In this document: piece by piece, positions 8,366 to 16,822 of the stretch | How positions within the stretch are numbered: position 1 is the first letter of the stretch | Layout of the letters: each line of letters starts with the position of its first letter | DNA from: a virus | Lineage: Duplodnaviria; Heunggongvirae; Uroviricota; Caudoviricetes | Length of the DNA stretch: 16,822 nt | Reading direction: 5' to 3' (one strand) | IMG/VR virus record: IMGVR_UViG_648276652_000015 | Notes under the pieces: generated by a model | Database searches by the model: none | Told to the model about the DNA's origin: nothing | What the model saw: the letters and a program-made list of their open reading frames with translations, nothing else | Program-made: the position numbers and the translations under genes

Positions 8366-9109
8366 ATGACAGAAACAGAATCAGCGATTCTGGCGCACGC
8401 CCGGCGATGTGCGCCAGCGGAGTCGTGCGGCTTCGTGGTGAGAGCGCCGGAGGGGGAAAGATATTTTCCCTGCATGAATATTTCCGGTGAGCCGGAGGGT
8501 TATTTCCGGATGTCGCCGGAAGACTGGCTGCAGGCAGAAATGCAGGGTGAGATTGTGGCGCTGGTCCACAGCCACCCCGGTGGTCTGCCCTGGCTGAGTG
8601 AGGCCGACCGGCGGCTGCAGGTGCAGAGTGATTTGCCGTGGTGGCTGGTCTGCCGGGGGACGATTCATAAGTTCCGCTGTGTGCCGCATCTCACCGGGCG
8701 GCGCTTTGAGCACGGGGTGACGGACTGTTACACGCTGTTCCGGGATGCTTATCATCTGGCGGGGATTGAGATGCCGGATTTTCATCGCGAGGATGACTGG
8801 TGGCGTCACGGTCAGAATCTCTATCTTGACAATATGGAGGCAACGGGTTTTTACCGTGTCGCACTGACAGAGGCGCAGCCGGGCGACGTGCTGCTGTGCA
8901 GCTTTGGTTCATCGGTGCCGAATCATGCTGCCATTTACTGCGGCGACGGCGAGCTGCTGCACCATATTCCTGAACAACTGAGTAAACGAGAGAGGTACAC
9001 CGACAAATGGCAGCGACGCACACACTCCCTCTGGCGTCACCGGGCATGGCACGCATCTGCCTTTACGGGGATTTGCAACGATTTGGCCGCCGCATCGACC
9101 TTCGTGTGA
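8366..9109 (+). CDS. K: Tail tip assembly protein K (MPN/JAMM-like N-terminal region plus NlpC/P60-like C-terminal region)
   Basis: ATG at 8366 lies 5 nt after the L stop. The ORF contains HSHPGG...S..D and, upstream of it, ESCGFV. A shorter 199-codon version would start at ATG 8510, but that would remove the upstream Glu-containing motif. The ORF-track start at 8324 lies inside L and is rejected. Confidence 0.8.
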   Translation: MTETESAILAHARRCAPAESCGFVVRAPEGERYFPCMNISGEPEGYFRMSPEDWLQAEMQGEIVALVHSHPGGLPWLSEADRRLQVQSDLPWWLVCRGTIHKFRCVPHLTGRRFEHGVTDCYTLFRDAYHLAGIEMPDFHREDDWWRHGQNLYLDNMEATGFYRVALTEAQPGDVLLCSFGSSVPNHAAIYCGDGELLHHIPEQLSKRERYTDKWQRRTHSLWRHRAWHASAFTGICNDLAAASTFV

Positions 9110-9648
9110 AAACGGGGGCTGAAGCCATCCGGGCGCTGGCCACACAGCTACCGGCGTTTCGTCAGAAACTGAATGAGGGCTGGTATCAGATACGGATTGC
9201 CGGGCGTGATGCAGGTGAAACCGAATTATCAGCCCGTCTTAATGAGCCGCTGGAAAATGGTGCCGTGATCCACATCGTGCCGCGTCTGGCGGGTGCTAAA
9301 AGTGGCGGTATTTTTCAGGCAGTGCTGGGGGCTGCTGTTATGGCAGTTGCTATATGGATGCCAGGAGTAGGAATTATGGCGAGTAATCTGCTGTTTTCTC
9401 TCGGTGCCAGTATGACGCTTGGCGGTGTTGCACAGATGCTGGCCCCTAAACCCAAAACCCCCCGCACACAGACAACGGATAACGGTAAGCAGAACACCTA
9501 TTTCTCCTCACTGGATAACATGGTTGCCCAGGGCAATGTTCTGCCTGTTCTGTACGGTGAAATGCGCGTGGGGTCACGCGTGGTTTCTCAGGAGATCAGC
9601 ACGGCAGACGAAGGGGACGGTGGTCAGGTTGTGGTGATTGGTCGCTGA
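9007..9648 (+). CDS. I: Tail tip assembly protein I
   Basis: 213-aa ORF MAATHTLPLASPGMARICLYGDLQRFGRRIDLRVKTGAEAIRAL... with a hydrophobic Gly/Ala-rich middle; lambda gpI-like. Overlaps the 3' end of K by about 100 nt in another frame. Confidence 0.9.
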   Translation: MAATHTLPLASPGMARICLYGDLQRFGRRIDLRVKTGAEAIRALATQLPAFRQKLNEGWYQIRIAGRDAGETELSARLNEPLENGAVIHIVPRLAGAKSGGIFQAVLGAAVMAVAIWMPGVGIMASNLLFSLGASMTLGGVAQMLAPKPKTPRTQTTDNGKQNTYFSSLDNMVAQGNVLPVLYGEMRVGSRVVSQEISTADEGDGGQVVVIGR

Positions 9649-9666
9649 TGCAAAATATTTTATGTG

Positions 9667-9690
9667 AAACCGCCTCCGGGCGGTTTTATC
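9667..9690 (+). terminator. Terminator-like hairpin in the I-J intergenic region
   Basis: AAACCGCC (9667-9674), loop TCCG, GGCGGTTT (9679-9686), then TTATCGTTTAT. Lies between the I stop (9648) and J start (9709). Confidence 0.4.
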
Positions 9691-9708
9691 GTTTATGGAG
9701 CATGACGA

Positions 9709-12700
9709 ATGGGTAAAGGCAGCAGTAAGGGGTATACCCCGCGCGAAGCGAAGGACAACCTGAAGTCCACGCAGTTGCTGAGTGTGATCGATGCCATCAG
9801 CGAAGGGCCGGTTGAAGGTCCGGTGGATGGATTAAAAAGCGTGCTGCTGAACAGTACGCCGGTGCTGGACAGTGAGGGGAATACCAACATCGCCGGTGTC
9901 ACGGTGGTGTTCCGGGCTGGTGAGCAGGAGCAGACTCCGCCGGAGGGATTTGAATCCTCCGGCTCCGAGACGGTGCTGGGTACGGAAGTGAAATATGACA
10001 CGCCGATCACCCGCACCATTACGTCTGCAAACATCGACCGTCTGCGCTTTACCTTCGGTGTACAGGCACTGGTGGAAACCACCTCAAAGGGTGACAGGAA
10101 TCCGTCGGAAGTCCGCCTGCTGGTTCAGATACAACGTAACGGTGGCTGGGTGACGGAAAAAGACATCACCATTAAGGGCAAAACCACCTCGCAGTATCTG
10201 GCCTCGGTGGTGGTGGGTAACCTGCCGCCGCGCCCGTTCAACATCCGGATGCGCAGGATGACGCCGGACAGCACCACAGACCAGCTGCAGAACAAAACGC
10301 TCTGGTCGTCATACACTGAAATCATCGATGTGAAACAGTGCTACCCGAACACGGCACTGGTTGGCGTACAGGTGGACTCGGAGCAGTTCGGCAGTCAGCA
10401 GGTGAGCCGTAATTATCATCTGCGCGGGCGCATTCTGCAGGTGCCGTCGAACTATAACCCGCAGACGCGGCAATACAGCGGTATCTGGGACGGAACGTTT
10501 AAACCGGCATACAGCAACAACATGGCCTGGTGTCTGTGGGATATGCTGACCCATCCGCGCTACGGCATGGGGAAACGTCTTGGTGCGGCGGATGTGGATA
10601 AATGGGCGCTGTATGTCATCGGCCAGTACTGCGACCAGTCAGTGCCGGACGGCTTTGGTGGCACGGAGCCGCGCATCACCTGTAATGCGTACCTGACCAC
10701 ACAGCGCAAGGCGTGGGATGTGCTCAGTGATTTCTGCTCGGCGATGCGCTGTATGCCGGTATGGAACGGGCAGACGCTGACGTTCGTGCAGGACCGACCA
10801 TCGGATAAGGTGTGGACCTATAACCGCAGTAATGTGGTTATGCCGGATGATGGCGCGCCGTTCCGCTACAGCTTCAGCGCCCTGAAGGACCGCCATAATG
10901 CCGTTGAGGTGAACTGGATTGACCCGGATAACGGCTGGGAGACAGCGACAGAGCTTGTGGAGGACACGCAGGCCATTGCCCGTTACGGTCGTAATGTCAC
11001 GAAGATGGATGCCTTTGGCTGTACCAGCCGGGGGCAGGCACACCGCGCCGGGCTGTGGCTGATTAAAACAGAACTGCTGGAAACGCAGACCGTGGACTTC
11101 AGCGTGGGGGCCGAAGGGCTTCGCCATGTGCCGGGCGATGTCATTGAAATCTGCGATGATGACTATGCCGGTATCAGCACCGGTGGTCGCGTGCTGGCGG
11201 TGAACAGCCAGACCCGGACGCTGACGCTCGACCGTGAAATCACGCTGCCATCCTCCGGTACCACGCTGATAAGCCTGGTTGACGGAAGTGGTAATCCGGT
11301 CAGCGTGGAGGTTCAGTCCGTCACCGACGGACTTAAGGTGAAAGTGAACCGGGTTCCTGACGGCGTTGCAGAATACAGTGTGTGGGGGCTGAAGCTGCCG
11401 ACGCTGCGCCAGCGCCTGTTCCGCTGTGTGAGTATCCGTGAGAACGATGACGGCACGTATGCCATCACTGCCGTGCAGCATGTACCGGAAAAAGAAGCCA
11501 TCGTGGATAACGGGGCGCACTTTGACGGCGACCAGAGCGGCACGGTGAATGGTGTCACGCCGCCAGCGGTGCAGCACCTGACCGCCGAAGTCACCGCAGA
11601 CAGCGGGGAATATCAGGTGCTGGCGCGCTGGGACACGCCGAAGGTGGTGAAGGGCGTGAGCTTCCTGCTTCGCCTGACCGTGGCAGCGGATGACGGCAGT
11701 GAGCGGCTGGTCAGCACGGCCCGGACGACGGAAACCACATACCGCTTCACGCAGCTGGCGCCAGGGAACTACAGGCTGACAGTCCGGGCGGTAAATGCGT
11801 GGGGGCAGCAGGGCGATCCGGCATCGGTATCGTTCCGGATTGCCGCACCTGCAGTGCCGTCGCGGCTTGAGCTGACGCCGGGCTATTTTCAGATAACCGC
11901 CACGCCGCATCTTGCCGTTTATGACCCGACGGTACAGTTTGAGTTCTGGTTCTCGGAAAAGCGGATTGCGGATATCAGGCAGGTTGAAACCACAGCCCGC
12001 TATCTTGGTACGGCGCTGTACTGGATAGCCGCCAGTATCAATATCAGGCCGGGCCATAATTATTATTTTTACGTTCGCAGTGTGAACACCGTTGGCAAAT
12101 CGGCATTCGTGGAGGCTGTTGGTCAGCCGAGTGATGACGCATCCGGCTATCTGGATTTTTTCAAAGGCGAGATAGGGAAAACCCATCTGGCTCAGGAGCT
12201 GTGGACGCAGATTGATAACGGTCAGCTTGCGCCTGACCTGGCTGAAATCAGGACGTCCATTACGGATGTCAGCAATGAAATCACACAGACCGTCAATAAG
12301 AAACTGGAAGACCAGAGTGCAGCGATCCAGCAGATACAGAAGGTTCAGGTTGATACAAATAATAATCTGAACAGCATGTGGGCTGTGAAGCTGCAGCAGA
12401 TGCAGGACGGACGCCTTTATATTGCGGGTATCGGTGCCGGTATTGAGAACACCCCCGACGGCATGCAGAGTCAGGTGCTGCTGGCGGCAGACAGGATTGC
12501 GATGATTAATCCTGCAAATGGCAACACAAAACCGATGTTTGTTGGTCAGGGTGATCAGATATTCATGAATGAAGTGTTCCTGAAATATCTGACGGCTCCC
12601 ACCATTACCAGCGGCGGTAATCCTCCTGCATTTTCCATGACACCGGACGGAAAGCTGACCGCTAAAAATGCAGATATCAGTGGCAGTGTGAATGCGAACG

Positions 12701-13188
12701 CCGGGACGCTCAACAACGTTACGATAAATGAGAACTGTCAGATTAAAGGGAAACTGTCAGCCAACCAGATTGAAGGCGATATTGTCAAAACAGTGGGTAA
12801 GGCTTTCCCGCGGGACTCCCGGGCACCGGAGCGGTGGCCATCAGGGACCATTACCGTCAGGATTTATGACGATCAGCCGTTTGACCGGCAGATTGTTATT
12901 CCGGCGGTGGCATTCAGCGGTGCTAAACATGAGAGAGAGCATACTGATATTTACTCCTCATGCCGCCTGATAGTGAAGAAAAATGGTGCTGAAATTTATA
13001 ACCGTACCGCGCTGGATAATACGCTGATTTACAGTGGTGTTATTGATATGCCAGCTGGTCACGGCCACATGACGCTGGAGTTTTCGGTGTCAGCATGGCT
13101 GGTAAATGACTGGTATCCCACAGCAAGTATCAGCGATTTGCTGGTTGTGGTGATGAAGAAAGCCACCGCAGGCATCAGTATCAGCTGA
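9709..13188 (+). CDS. J: Central tail fibre / host specificity protein J
   Basis: 1159-aa [57 protein letters not shown]...; lambda gpJ-like throughout, with fibronectin-III-like segments in the middle and a C-terminal receptor-binding region. Confidence 0.93.
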   Translation: MGKGSSKGYTPREAKDNLKSTQLLSVIDAISEGPVEGPVDGLKSVLLNSTPVLDSEGNTNIAGVTVVFRAGEQEQTPPEGFESSGSETVLGTEVKYDTPITRTITSANIDRLRFTFGVQALVETTSKGDRNPSEVRLLVQIQRNGGWVTEKDITIKGKTTSQYLASVVVGNLPPRPFNIRMRRMTPDSTTDQLQNKTLWSSYTEIIDVKQCYPNTALVGVQVDSEQFGSQQVSRNYHLRGRILQVPSNYNPQTRQYSGIWDGTFKPAYSNNMAWCLWDMLTHPRYGMGKRLGAADVDKWALYVIGQYCDQSVPDGFGGTEPRITCNAYLTTQRKAWDVLSDFCSAMRCMPVWNGQTLTFVQDRPSDKVWTYNRSNVVMPDDGAPFRYSFSALKDRHNAVEVNWIDPDNGWETATELVEDTQAIARYGRNVTKMDAFGCTSRGQAHRAGLWLIKTELLETQTVDFSVGAEGLRHVPGDVIEICDDDYAGISTGGRVLAVNSQTRTLTLDREITLPSSGTTLISLVDGSGNPVSVEVQSVTDGLKVKVNRVPDGVAEYSVWGLKLPTLRQRLFRCVSIRENDDGTYAITAVQHVPEKEAIVDNGAHFDGDQSGTVNGVTPPAVQHLTAEVTADSGEYQVLARWDTPKVVKGVSFLLRLTVAADDGSERLVSTARTTETTYRFTQLAPGNYRLTVRAVNAWGQQGDPASVSFRIAAPAVPSRLELTPGYFQITATPHLAVYDPTVQFEFWFSEKRIADIRQVETTARYLGTALYWIAASINIRPGHNYYFYVRSVNTVGKSAFVEAVGQPSDDASGYLDFFKGEIGKTHLAQELWTQIDNGQLAPDLAEIRTSITDVSNEITQTVNKKLEDQSAAIQQIQKVQVDTNNNLNSMWAVKLQQMQDGRLYIAGIGAGIENTPDGMQSQVLLAADRIAMINPANGNTKPMFVGQGDQIFMNEVFLKYLTAPTITSGGNPPAFSMTPDGKLTAKNADISGSVNANAGTLNNVTINENCQIKGKLSANQIEGDIVKTVGKAFPRDSRAPERWPSGTITVRIYDDQPFDRQIVIPAVAFSGAKHEREHTDIYSSCRLIVKKNGAEIYNRTALDNTLIYSGVIDMPAGHGHMTLEFSVSAWLVNDWYPTASISDLLVVVMKKATAGISIS

Positions 13189-13207
13189 ATTTTATAACCC
13201 ATATACG

Positions 13208-13231
13208 GGCGCCAGAAATGGCGCCTTTTTT
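13208..13231 (+). terminator. Rho-independent terminator downstream of J
   Basis: GGCGCC (13208-13213), loop AGAAAT, GGCGCC (13220-13225), then TTTTTT (13226-13231). Confidence 0.6.
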
Positions 13232-13255
13232 ATTGCAGAAAAGCGAGAGGTAATT

Positions 13256-13855
13256 ATGCGTAAAGTTTGTGCAGCCATTTTGTCCGCAGCCATTTGTCTG
13301 GCCGTATCCGGTGCGCCTGTATGGGCGTCTGAACATCAGTCCACGCTGAGCGCGGGGTATCTTCATGCCCGGACGAACGTTCCCGGCAGTGATGATCTGA
13401 ACGGGATTAACGTGAAATACCGTTATGAGTTTACGGACACACTGGGGATGGTGACGTCGTTCAGCTATGCAGGAGACAAGAATCGCCAGCTTACCCGTTA
13501 CAGCGATACCCGCTGGCATGAAGATTCCGTGCGTAACCGCTGGTTCAGCGTGATGGCGGGGCCGTCTGTACGCGTGAATGAATGGTTCAGCGCGTATGCG
13601 ATGGCAGGCGTGGCTTACAGCCGTGTGTCGACTTTTTCCGGGGATTATCTCCGCGTAACTGACAACAAGGGAAAAACGCACGACGTGCTGACCGGAAGTG
13701 ATGACGCTCGCCACAGTAACACCTCTCTGGCGTGGGGAGCTGGCGTGCAGTTTAACCCGACCGAATCCGTGGCCGTTGACGTCGCTTATGAAGGCTCCGG
13801 CAGCGGTGACTGGCGTACCAACAGTTTCATCGTTGGTGTCGGTTATAAATTCTGA
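13256..13855 (+). CDS. lom: Lom outer-membrane protein (Ail/Lom/OmpX family beta-barrel)
   Basis: 199-aa ORF with signal peptide [24 protein letters not shown] and terminal aromatic ...FIVGVGYKF; matches lambda Lom as recalled. Ribosome-binding site GAGAGG precedes the ATG. Confidence 0.9.
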
Positions 13856-13881
13856 TTAGCCAGGTAACACAGTGTTATGAC

Positions 13882-13908
13882 AGCCCGCCGGTTCAGGCGG
13901 GCTTTTTT
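13882..13908 (+). terminator. Rho-independent terminator downstream of lom
   Basis: AGCCCGCC (13882-13889), loop GGTTCA, GGCGGGCT (13896-13903), then TTTTTT (13903-13908). Confidence 0.65.
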
Positions 13909-13919
13909 GTGGGGGGAAT

Positions 13920-16822
<2,903 letters not shown>

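Noticed and set aside
5389-8475. Antisense ORFs of 99-302 aa within H, M and L (for example 5952-6482, 6428-6946, 7567-8475)
   Set aside because: They sit inside confidently assigned lambda-like genes on the opposite strand and have low-complexity translations. Treated as shadow ORFs of GC-rich coding sequence.
10639-12186. 515-aa ORF on the minus strand, entirely antisense to J
   Set aside because: It lies wholly inside a well-supported gene on the opposite strand. GC-rich coding DNA often lacks stops in antisense frames. The translation is Arg/His/Cys-rich with no recognisable motif and there is no upstream ribosome-binding site. Most likely a shadow ORF.
13189-13919. Search for an inserted defence system or toxin-antitoxin cargo between J and stf
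   Set aside because: The interval holds only lom with its flanking terminators, with spacing that matches lambda. No additional ORFs are present.

Overview
This window is the late morphogenesis (head-tail) module of a lambda-like enterobacterial prophage, all on the + strand in lambda gene order: D (3' remnant)-E-FI-FII-Z-U-V-G/T-H-M-L-K-I-J-lom-stf. Identifications rest on my recall of phage lambda proteins and gene lengths; no database search was run. The module is cut at both edges by insertion sequences: the right end of an IS66-family element (1-249) interrupts head-decoration gene D, and the end of an IS21-family element (about 16572-16822, IstB-like ORF on the - strand) interrupts the side tail fibre gene stf. 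I see no CRISPR array, tRNA/rRNA gene or recognisable defence system, and no evidence of a previously undescribed system. The points worth a second look are the two IS disruptions of an otherwise intact virion module, a compositionally distinct C-terminal domain in stf, the lom cassette, the G-T frameshift site and several hairpins inside the operon.
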